This document shows, one piece after another, positions 56,363-64,000 of a stretch of DNA of 64,000 nt. The stretch lies in sequence record phage_1; one strand, written 5' to 3'. Each line of letters opens with the position of its first letter. Within the stretch, counting starts at the first letter, position 1. A program made the translations under genes and the position numbers. Below the pieces are notes generated by a model. It saw nothing but the letters and a program-made list of their open reading frames with translations, ran no database searches and was not told the origin of the DNA.

Positions 56363-57876
56363 TGAAAGACGTCGACGTAGCGGTTATTTATACCGATGGT
56401 AGTCATACTGAGTCCCCGAAAGGTTCGGGGGCTGGTATTCATGGTTATTTATTCAACAACGGAGATTTGGAAGACAGTCAGGCTTATAGCCATCCGGGTG
56501 TTTCANAANGGATTACCACTGTTGGATANAAAAAAGNGCCGCAGGNTGNGAAGTGTCCGGNGTTGCCGGACACCGTTNAATTTNTNGACGCCGTTNTTCC
56601 CGTTCCNAAANAGTTNTNCNCAGATGTGGGNGNGTTAATCNCCTTCATCACGTTNTTTGAGAACGCGCCCTTCCGCGCGAAGAACTATATCATCTACGTG
56701 GATGCCAGTTACGTTGTAAACACTTTTAACGAGTGGATAGACGGCTGGCATAAACGTGGTTGGGTTCGTGCTGACGGTACTCCGCTGGCGAACAAAGAAC
56801 TTATTGTTCGTATCTGGGAAATCAAACAGCAGATGAAAAAAGAAGGACGGGGTGTTAAGGTTATCAAAATCAAAGGACACTCCGGCCACTACGGTAACGA
56901 CCGGGCGGACGAATTGGCTAGAAAAGGTTCAGCCATCACAGCGACCAACGACGGCGTTCCATATCAGCCGTACTGGTCGAAGGATGAGTTGCCTGCATCC
57001 GCGGAACCCGAGCCCATCGCCGCTGGGATGAACCTTGCGGCATATCCGCCTATTTGTACGGTTAAATATTGCTATCCGTTGGTGAACGAGGACCATCCTA
57101 CTGTAAAAGTGAAAGATGAAACTTTCTATTACATGTTTGGTGGCAACCATGCAAAGAACAAGGACGACTTGGTGTTTATTGGGAAAATGATTCCTGATGC
57201 ACACTTTTCCGTAATGTTCACTAAACAACCGTGGGATAACATCTACACGATTGTAAATACCCACGCCGCCCTGGCATGGAAAGATACACCGAAGATGCGG
57301 CAGTATGATCCAATCGGTGTTGTTAACAATGAGTTCGTTAAACGTAAGAAGTTCGTTGATGTGGCAGGTGATGGATTACCGGCAGACAAGATGCATTTCA
57401 GTGGAGAAGATTCCAATGTCTGGTTCTTTGAAGACCTGGCCATCTCCAGAATGCTTCGCCCGCCCTTATTGTCGTACCGTGCGCTGGATATTCGTGATGA
57501 ACTCGCTACAACGTTGCGAGATGTTCTGCATCAGGAAAAGGGTTACGTCTTAAACGACATTACCGACTTGCTATTCGACGACAAAGGTAAACCTGTCAAG
57601 GAATACTACCGTAGCGTCGATAAGTCAATAACGTTAAAGATTGACTTTCCGATGGGTAAACGACCTGTCTCGGTTATTTTGACTCGCGGTATCGATATTC
57701 CATCACGTACGGAAATCAACCGTATTAAAGAACCCGAAGGCCGTTATTACATCGCGGTGTGTCGTCCTGAAAAATACTACATCCGTTACTTCTTAATCTA
57801 TATCGGTAAAGAGTATCATGGGTTGTGGTGTGCGTATTACGCAAACCGTCGCATACTGCGAGAAGAAGAGGTGTAA
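56362..57876 (+). CDS. rnhA: Ribonuclease HI with long C-terminal extension
   Basis: IYTDGS, YVDASYV..W..GW..RGW..ADG.PLANKEL, KIKGHSGHYGNDRADELARKG. Confidence 0.9.
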   Translation: MKDVDVAVIYTDGSHTESPKGSGAGIHGYLFNNGDLEDSQAYSHPGVSXXITTVGXKKXPQXXKCPXLPDTVXFXDAVXPVXKXXXXDVXXLIXFITXFENAPFRAKNYIIYVDASYVVNTFNEWIDGWHKRGWVRADGTPLANKELIVRIWEIKQQMKKEGRGVKVIKIKGHSGHYGNDRADELARKGSAITATNDGVPYQPYWSKDELPASAEPEPIAAGMNLAAYPPICTVKYCYPLVNEDHPTVKVKDETFYYMFGGNHAKNKDDLVFIGKMIPDAHFSVMFTKQPWDNIYTIVNTHAALAWKDTPKMRQYDPIGVVNNEFVKRKKFVDVAGDGLPADKMHFSGEDSNVWFFEDLAISRMLRPPLLSYRALDIRDELATTLRDVLHQEKGYVLNDITDLLFDDKGKPVKEYYRSVDKSITLKIDFPMGKRPVSVILTRGIDIPSRTEINRIKEPEGRYYIAVCRPEKYYIRYFLIYIGKEYHGLWCAYYANRRILREEEV

Positions 57877-57877
57877 C

Positions 57878-58618
57878 ATGTTGCGAGTCGTGAGTGAATC
57901 GCTCACGCTCCACACACAAAGTCTGATTAACTGTGTGGAGCAATACGGATGGATGTCGTGGATGGCAACGAACCGTGAGTTTGGTGCTGCGCCCATGGAA
58001 GATTACGACGTGTTGTACAAGTGGGGATTTGAAGCGGCTTGTGATGTTGTGGCAGAGCTGGTTACCGAAACAATTGCGCGTTACAACGCAAGATGTGATG
58101 AACCGATGCCTAAACAAGTCCCGCCGCAAATACCTCCGCTACCGACAATCGATCGTGAGCATTGTCGAATCTGGACAATGGAAGAGTTGTACGACGAACA
58201 CGTTAGAATGCTGAAACCGAACGAGCTAATAACCGGTGCGTTGAACTGGTTCTTACATCGTTTCTGGACAGAGTTGGTCGATGTGGCGGGTGACGAAGAT
58301 AATTGTTCTCAGGTTATTTGGTACGATCGAGCGATGTTTCATCGCAGTCTTAAAGATCGTAGTCTCTGCAACCTGTATATTGTTGACCCGTGTGAAGACA
58401 TTGTAAAGGTTGCAGAAGGTAACTCTTATTCCGACTTGGTGATGCCCGTGGTAGAAAAACCGATGGGTATTTTCCTGCAGGGNGACGNTTGGGTTTTAAC
58501 GGATGATATCTCGGGCTACCTGCTGGACCCGGATGACATTCACTCGGACGAACCTGATACCATCGAGTATTTTCACTTTACAGAACAGGCAGCACGCTTC
58601 TTGCATCTCTTAAAGTAA
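57878..58618 (+). CDS. Hypothetical protein
   Basis: GAGGTG SD before ATG 57878. Confidence 0.55.
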   Translation: MLRVVSESLTLHTQSLINCVEQYGWMSWMATNREFGAAPMEDYDVLYKWGFEAACDVVAELVTETIARYNARCDEPMPKQVPPQIPPLPTIDREHCRIWTMEELYDEHVRMLKPNELITGALNWFLHRFWTELVDVAGDEDNCSQVIWYDRAMFHRSLKDRSLCNLYIVDPCEDIVKVAEGNSYSDLVMPVVEKPMGIFLQXDXWVLTDDISGYLLDPDDIHSDEPDTIEYFHFTEQAARFLHLLK

Positions 58619-58643
58619 TCTGAGATAGATATTATCTACAGGG
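58612..58643 (+). promoter_or_regulatory. Candidate phage early promoter
   Basis: AAAGTAATCTGAGATAGATATTAT..AGGG. Confidence 0.55.
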
Positions 58644-58671
58644 ACGTAACCTTAAGGAGAATTTATTCACG

Positions 58672-59406
58672 ATGCTTAAAGTCGAAGTGCCAGTGCTTTT
58701 AAACCTCACGCCCCAGTTCTTTGAAGCGTTGTTCGAAAAGCATTGGCCCGCGTTCGCGAAGAACGAACTAAAGGATAACCCACAGTGGTATCCACTGCGC
58801 GATGAATTCAAGTACACAGCCATCAACGTCTGTATAGAAGTCTTCACTGCGTGGTTACAAGAGATGTACGACTGCATCAACACCGAACGGTTGTTCACGC
58901 TAGAACATGTAGAGATTAATGTTGTTGACGTCTACGAAGGTTACACCTACGAAGAAGGCATTACTGCCACGGGGTTAAGCCAACAAGACGTTGAAGAACA
59001 AATCTTTGCGTGGATCGAGTGGTTCACGGAAAAGTTGATGCTGGCTGATTTTGTCACGCAGGTGGAAGATGTATTCATCCCAATGTACGAGCGGTTAGCT
59101 GAGATACGTCGTAACCATCGTCTGCTCGGTTACTGGTATGACACTTATACCACCTCCTCAACATTGTGGTCTTCCGCTACTGCCGCATTTGGCATAACTG
59201 AAGGCGATTACGATGTCATTCATTCCGGCCCTTGGCAGTATGGTTTCGGCACCCTGTGGCACGAGCTGACCGATGCCATGTGCCTGGACTTTTATCTGTG
59301 TGGAGGTAAGTTTTACACGGATAACTGCGTGAGCCAAATTCCGAATGGTGCGATGGTGGTGATGTGTCGCATCCGTAAAGAAGTCGCTGAGAAACTAAAC
59401 TACTGA
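58672..59406 (+). CDS. Hypothetical protein
   Basis: AAGGAG SD, 244 aa. Confidence 0.55.
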   Translation: MLKVEVPVLLNLTPQFFEALFEKHWPAFAKNELKDNPQWYPLRDEFKYTAINVCIEVFTAWLQEMYDCINTERLFTLEHVEINVVDVYEGYTYEEGITATGLSQQDVEEQIFAWIEWFTEKLMLADFVTQVEDVFIPMYERLAEIRRNHRLLGYWYDTYTTSSTLWSSATAAFGITEGDYDVIHSGPWQYGFGTLWHELTDAMCLDFYLCGGKFYTDNCVSQIPNGAMVVMCRIRKEVAEKLNY

Positions 59407-59419
59407 AGGAGTATTTAAA

Positions 59420-59791
59420 ATGACGCAAGACGAATTTGAAACGATGGTAAAACAGTATTACAAAGAAGGGACTATTCTGTACATAGTCGCACCCGAGAGC
59501 GAAAACTGGTTGACGTTATCGTCGCGGGTAACCACCCTACGCGGCCCAGTTTCTCAAGAAATAAGACAGATGGCTCGTATAGTTCGAGATACCGCCATCC
59601 AGGGCGGTAAAGTCGTCAGCTTCTCCCACCTCTCTCCGATCGGCCACTCTAACTTAGAAACCGAAGTTGATGTCGTTGCTACTGTTGGTTTTGATTTAGA
59701 TGGCTCTCCAGGCTCGAACCTTGTCGTGATTAAGAAATGGCGTGGATACGATGCAATCCCATCGCCAGGGGTGTGGCCGGCAACCAACTAG
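59420..59791 (+). CDS. Hypothetical protein
   Basis: AAGGAG SD. Confidence 0.55.
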   Translation: MTQDEFETMVKQYYKEGTILYIVAPESENWLTLSSRVTTLRGPVSQEIRQMARIVRDTAIQGGKVVSFSHLSPIGHSNLETEVDVVATVGFDLDGSPGSNLVVIKKWRGYDAIPSPGVWPATN

Positions 59792-59801
59792 AGGGGTCGC
59801 T

Positions 59802-60209
59802 ATGTTAAAGGTGTATAGCGAGTCATTGATGGACTTGCAAGAGTATCTAAAGCATGTGGAAATTAACGGCAACCGTGGAATGATATACTCCATGGTTGTC
59901 GAGATTTTAATTAAAATCGTGCTTGTTTCATTCCACGTAGCAGAAAATGGCACTGCTGTACCAGGAGATGTTTATAAAGGCGTTATTAAGCATCTTAGCG
60001 AGCGCTACAGTTGTTTACGTGAACCGGATATCTTTAATGAGGTGCAGCGTGTTGTGTTGCTTATCCTCGACAACCGTGAAGACTTGGCGTACAAGCTTGC
60101 GCATGAATTGGCAGACACGTCACAGCACGGTGGACAACTGAAATATAACGTTGTGGATCTCGTAGCGTGCAGATACTGGTATACGCAGCCCGAGGTAAGT
60201 AACTTTTAA
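59802..60209 (+). CDS. Hypothetical protein
   Basis: GAGGGG SD before ATG 59802. Confidence 0.55.
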   Translation: MLKVYSESLMDLQEYLKHVEINGNRGMIYSMVVEILIKIVLVSFHVAENGTAVPGDVYKGVIKHLSERYSCLREPDIFNEVQRVVLLILDNREDLAYKLAHELADTSQHGGQLKYNVVDLVACRYWYTQPEVSNF

Positions 60210-60219
60210 GGAGCATTAG

Positions 60220-60759
60220 ATGCAAATCGTAATTGACTTCGCTCTGTCGGAGTCGAGACGTCAGCTAGATGAAATTCTGTTAGGATTAAAACGTGACGTG
60301 GAATTTGAACTTCACGATGCGTTGGCCGTCCACGAAAATCGTTTGTCTGACGAAATAGGTTCGGGTGTAGATGTGGCTATCTGTGACACTGGGGATATGG
60401 TAAATCAGCTTATTGAACGTATGTTCACGCGGCTGCGTAACATTCTGAACTATCCCCATCGTTTTGAACTGGTAGAAGGGACGGACCAAATCACCGACTT
60501 ATTGAGTGAAGCCTTTGATAAGGTTGGTGAATCTCTGGCGGGGTTACATCAAGAGAACCTGGGCGAGACATATGTTGCTGTGGTCATTAACGGGCAAACG
60601 TCGAACGTTACGGATACGGTAACATGGTCCGATATCGTTGACCAGCCAATCATTGACAAAATCACCAAGCTGTATCNTGAGGCGGAGATGAAGGTGCTGG
60701 CTATCTGTCGTCGCGAACTGCTCTATCTCGGCGAGAAATATGGGAAACCTGTTGAATGA
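60220..60759 (+). CDS. Hypothetical acidic helical protein
   Basis: AAGGAG SD. Confidence 0.55.
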   Translation: MQIVIDFALSESRRQLDEILLGLKRDVEFELHDALAVHENRLSDEIGSGVDVAICDTGDMVNQLIERMFTRLRNILNYPHRFELVEGTDQITDLLSEAFDKVGESLAGLHQENLGETYVAVVINGQTSNVTDTVTWSDIVDQPIIDKITKLYXEAEMKVLAICRRELLYLGEKYGKPVE

Positions 60760-61298
60760 AAATATTCATTGATTTACTCGATGACGAATTTCGTGAAATA
60801 TTTCCAGCGGCGTTGTTCGAGTTTAAGCGTAAGTGTGAAGACTATCTGATACCGAAGAATATCGATCGTCAACACCTCGCTGGACTTATCTCTGCGGCGT
60901 ACGTCAATATCGCGGTAAATGAAGTTCATCAACTCGCGCAACGTATTGCGTGTTTCGAATACAACGACGAAGACATTGAAGACGGCTTCCTGCAGTCTAA
61001 GATGGGTCGCTTCTCACTCGAACTCAAGACCGATGAGGTTATTGATAAGGTCGGTAAAGCCTTTGATGAAATGAAGGACATCGAAATGATGATTAAGATG
61101 TCTGGACCGGAAGCAGGCCCATTGAAAGAAGCGTGGGAACATCTCAACCGCGACGAGTATAAAGAGATGTACATGGGTGAGTTCACCACCATGCTACGTC
61201 ACCTCGAAGCACAGGTCTGGGAGCATATCGTTTCACGTCTGAAAGAAATACTGATTGTGATTGAGCCAATGCAGCCACTCGCTATTAGTAAATTCTAG
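60756..61298 (+). CDS. Hypothetical acidic helical protein
   Basis: ATGA-coupled ORF. Confidence 0.55.
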   Translation: MKIFIDLLDDEFREIFPAALFEFKRKCEDYLIPKNIDRQHLAGLISAAYVNIAVNEVHQLAQRIACFEYNDEDIEDGFLQSKMGRFSLELKTDEVIDKVGKAFDEMKDIEMMIKMSGPEAGPLKEAWEHLNRDEYKEMYMGEFTTMLRHLEAQVWEHIVSRLKEILIVIEPMQPLAISKF

Positions 61299-61303
61299 TT
61301 AAA

Positions 61304-61337
61304 CGGACACTCTTCGGGGTGTCCGTAGTTTTATTTT
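61304..61337 (+). terminator. Rho-independent terminator
   Basis: CGGACACTC-TTCG-GGGTGTCCG (one G-U pair) plus T-rich tail. Confidence 0.7.
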
Positions 61338-61366
61338 AATCGACCATTAATCTAAAGGAGTATTAA

Positions 61367-62290
61367 ATGGACAGCTTTCTTTTTGATTTGGCAGAATCGG
61401 TAAATGTAGATGTAATCGGTATGCGCGAATCCCCGAGTAATTTCTTAAACGGTCTTACTAAAATCGACGAACGTGTGAAATCCAGAAGTGGAGATCCCGC
61501 CATCATCGAGCAATACGCAATAGCCCATTGTGGCGAGATAGGCCAGCACTTTATACCGATTGAGGCGTTCCTAAAGAACTGCTTCGCCGAAGAATGCACC
61601 GCAGACTTCCTGTCTCTTGCCTACGGCTGGCGATACGGGGGTATCCAAATGGAATTTGATCTTAATATTTTTGAACAAGTTCTACTTGGCGACGTTCTCA
61701 CTGAGATACCACGCAGCTGGATAGACAAGATTCCCGGTTGGGCCGTCTCCTTTTCAGTGTGCTATCGCGCTAAAGATATCGGTATCCAAGAAAAGACTTA
61801 CGTTTTCGGTCGGCGAATGTTTAAAGGGAAAGATTGTTTAACAATGATGATTTTTGGAAAACGTATCGAGGGGGAAACCTTTGAAATCGTGGACGTGGGT
61901 GACGGCTTTGTATCCTTGCGTGTGGCGGAAACTGGTACGCCGGCCAATGAGAAAACGTTACGCATTGTCGGCGCTACCATGTTTACATTCTCACTGATCC
62001 CGCACAACCCTACACCCGTCAAACTGAGACAATTAACTGGAAAGAAACGTATCGCCAATTACCACATTGAACCAAAATCTAAACCGACTGTCCTCTCCAC
62101 CGTAAAAGCACAAAGCGAGTATCTTGAAGAATTTGATACTGATACGGAGAAAAGAACACAAGGTAGCAGATGTGCGCATATGCGTCGTGCACACTGGTGT
62201 ACTTACTGGCTCGGTCCACGTGACGGGAATCGGACAAAGATTTTGAAATGGATACCGCCGACATTTGTCAACGGTTCTAAATGCAAATAA
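61367..62290 (+). CDS. AcrVA2/FinQ-like protein
   Basis: C-term HMRRAHWCTYWLG..KWIPPTFVNG and N-half YGWRY..FD..IF..EIP..IPGWAV resemble recalled AcrVA2 motifs; similar length (307 aa). Confidence 0.6.
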   Translation: MDSFLFDLAESVNVDVIGMRESPSNFLNGLTKIDERVKSRSGDPAIIEQYAIAHCGEIGQHFIPIEAFLKNCFAEECTADFLSLAYGWRYGGIQMEFDLNIFEQVLLGDVLTEIPRSWIDKIPGWAVSFSVCYRAKDIGIQEKTYVFGRRMFKGKDCLTMMIFGKRIEGETFEIVDVGDGFVSLRVAETGTPANEKTLRIVGATMFTFSLIPHNPTPVKLRQLTGKKRIANYHIEPKSKPTVLSTVKAQSEYLEEFDTDTEKRTQGSRCAHMRRAHWCTYWLGPRDGNRTKILKWIPPTFVNGSKCK

Positions 62291-62345
62291 AATAAAGCCT
62301 ACCCACTCCCGTAAGGGGAGTGGGTACTGCTTACTTNNTNTTTAT
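62285..62345. terminator. Bidirectional terminator (family copy 5)
   Basis: TACCCACTCCC/GGGAGTGGGTA stem between convergent genes. Confidence 0.8.
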
Positions 62346-63097
62346 TTTTTGTTTGCTTTCAGGGTCTTGAGGCGATCACCGGTTACGTTCAGACATTCTG
62401 TCAGTTCATTAATCTGTTTCATAAACAGTCCGAACAGCTCAACCCAGTCAGCACCCATGTCAGCCATTTTCACTAACTCTGCCGCCACATTAGGATGGAC
62501 TTGTGAATTAGAGATAATGTCTACAGAGACGTTGATGCTTTCAACTGTACGGTCAATACCTTTCTGGAGTTTCTTAGTCACTTCCAGGTTCAGCGCTTTG
62601 GCACGATTAAACGCAACGTCAATCTCACCTGCACTGTGGTAGGTCTTTTCAATCGCACGCTGGTCGATCACATTGTTGGTGTACGACTTCGCCAGTTTTT
62701 CAACCAGGTCTTTCGGATTGATGTTTTTCAGTGGATAGTTCAGGTCTTTGAACTTAAACCNAATCGNNNGAGTTAACATGCCCNGGTCGTGTGTCATCGC
62801 GCCGAAACGTTTGTCGATGGGACTTAAAACCCCTTCCTGAATCTTCTGGAGCACAGCCCATACAGATTCCAACCGTTCTATGTGGTCCATCACATACGTG
62901 TTGAAGCCCGGTGGTACGGGTACAAGCATTCCGGTAAAGTTTAAAAACTTCTCTTGCTGCATCCACTTGGACACATCAGACATGTCGTCATAGGTGGTCA
63001 GCGCGAGTTCCTGTTGAGAGCCGCTGAAGGCTTTAGGCAGAATCGTGGATGCTTTGGCAACAAAGCCCGACAACGCTGCAAGTGGATTAACATTCAT
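62342..63097 (-). CDS. Probable virion structural protein
   Basis: 251-aa helical ORF with TACTATG late-like motif upstream (63132-63138); function from context. Confidence 0.45.
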   Translation of the reverse strand: MNVNPLAALSGFVAKASTILPKAFSGSQQELALTTYDDMSDVSKWMQQEKFLNFTGMLVPVPPGFNTYVMDHIERLESVWAVLQKIQEGVLSPIDKRFGAMTHDXGMLTXXIXFKFKDLNYPLKNINPKDLVEKLAKSYTNNVIDQRAIEKTYHSAGEIDVAFNRAKALNLEVTKKLQKGIDRTVESINVSVDIISNSQVHPNVAAELVKMADMGADWVELFGLFMKQINELTECLNVTGDRLKTLKANKK

Positions 63098-63195
63098 TCT
63101 ATCAACCTCGAATATATAAGGGATTGGGCTACATAGTAAGTCTTTTACGTATCACCCAAACCTTATGTACGAGAACTGCAAAAAGGTAACACCTG

Positions 63196-63495
63196 ATGAA
63201 AATCAAATTACTGACTCGTGCTTTAACCTCTCGTATCGAACCTGAGATTTACACCACCCCGACGAAGAAGAATACCGATGGTAGTCCGATCGTGGTTGGT
63301 AAAATCCTGAACGTGACCACACGTGCTGATGGTCAACGCGTTCTGGAAATCGAAATCGACGAACGTAACCGTAACCGCTTCAAAAGCATTTCTAACATCA
63401 ATCCTAAGGATGACAACCAAGTCACCGAGTGGGCAGAAGTGCATTTCGAAGTTTGGCATAAACGTCGTCTGTTACTCCCACTGAAAAAACGCTAA
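63196..63495 (+). CDS. Hypothetical protein
   Basis: AAGG SD, 99 aa. Confidence 0.5.
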   Translation: MKIKLLTRALTSRIEPEIYTTPTKKNTDGSPIVVGKILNVTTRADGQRVLEIEIDERNRNRFKSISNINPKDDNQVTEWAEVHFEVWHKRRLLLPLKKR

Positions 63496-63510
63496 TTGAC
63501 GGNGCGNTAA

Positions 63511-64000
63511 ATGGCAGGTCCAGCTAAACAAGTCATGGGTGAAGTGATTCGCCCTCGTTTTAACGTATATACCATCATGGACCACGCTCTCGGTAACTAC
63601 GAGCGCGGGGAAGATGGTTTGTACTACCTCAACGGTGGTTTTGCCCACATCATGGGCTTCGCAGGTCGTGGGAATACCTTTAAGTCTACCTTATTGGACT
63701 TCTGTATTTTCATGATTCTGCAACGTTATAATGCAGCCTGGGGATCGAAATACGATACCGAAGTTACGGCAGCATTAAGTCGTCTGGAAACGGGGTACAT
63801 TTCCGCAGCGAAAGCAAACGGATTAGAAGTATCGCCAACAGGCGGCGTGCTGGACCTGATCCACGAAGGTCGTTACAACATGGTTGGCTCGGATATCATG
63901 GCGGGTGAGGAGTATTACTCTGCTTATATCCGTGACGAAGTCGAAAAACGTTTCAAAGAGTATATGGCTGGTAAGGCACGTGAAACACCGTTCCCGGACC
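63511..64000 (+). CDS. uvsX: UvsX/RecA-like recombinase ATPase (3'-truncated by window end; not in ORF track)
   Basis: Manual translation MAGPAKQVMGEVIRPRFN..NGG..IMGFAGRGNTFKSTL (Walker A) ..KYDTE; open to window end. Confidence 0.7.
   Translation, partial: MAGPAKQVMGEVIRPRFNVYTIMDHALGNYERGEDGLYYLNGGFAHIMGFAGRGNTFKSTLLDFCIFMILQRYNAAWGSKYDTEVTAALSRLETGYISAAKANGLEVSPTGGVLDLIHEGRYNMVGSDIMAGEEYYSAYIRDEVEKRFKEYMAGKARETPFPD

Noticed and set aside
5860-56660. Patches of N bases, some in fibre genes, as a sign of DGR or hypervariable sites
   Set aside because: Ns also hit conserved genes (sbcC, RNase H, SLT) and terminators in short patches, as expected for low-quality sequence; no reverse transcriptase or TR/VR pair seen
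1-64000. tRNA, rRNA, CRISPR arrays, introns/inteins, IS elements
   Set aside because: No cloverleaf, repeat-spacer array, intein or homing endonuclease motif, or transposase recognised by eye; tRNAscan-SE and Infernal would be needed to exclude them formally

Overview
A 64-kb segment of a large lytic myovirus genome. Gene content, order and paralog families fit a phiKZ/SPN3US-like enterobacterial jumbo phage; this placement is inferred, as no chimallin or RNAP gene lies in the window. 1-13.6 kb (+): paralogous virion/tail-fibre genes, including a tandemly duplicated 3-gene cassette and a fibre with a T-even gp38-like Gly-rich adhesin domain, then a GH108 endolysin, a DUF1353-like protein and an M15 peptidase. 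13.6-33.5 kb (-): one co-oriented run of three giant tail-fibre paralogs and a coiled-coil fibre that continues into the stand-out locus: three Cys/Gly/Ser-rich CxxxC-repeat peptides with a shared leader, two radical SAM enzymes (one with SPASM-type Cys), two unknown proteins and a DUF4376-like tail-fibre assembly protein. This looks like a phage-encoded RiPP-type peptide modification system inside the tail operon. 33.5-64 kb: baseplate spike, a signal-less DUF1471 (BhsA-like) protein, exported 4-Cys paralogs, an SbcC/Rad50-like ATPase, a cluster of tiny membrane proteins, and a probable host-takeover island (GNAT, EF-Tu P-loop-like mini-protein, ChaN/TraB-like hydrolase, DarG/TARG1-like macrodomain, SLT). 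Further on are a putative spanin pair, a DEDDh exonuclease, RNase H, an AcrVA2/FinQ-like protein and the start of a UvsX/RecA-like gene. Candidate early and late promoter motifs and a sequence-conserved terminator family recur. All family calls come from motif recognition by eye, with no database searches. Patches of N bases limit detail in places. No tRNA, rRNA or CRISPR array was recognised.
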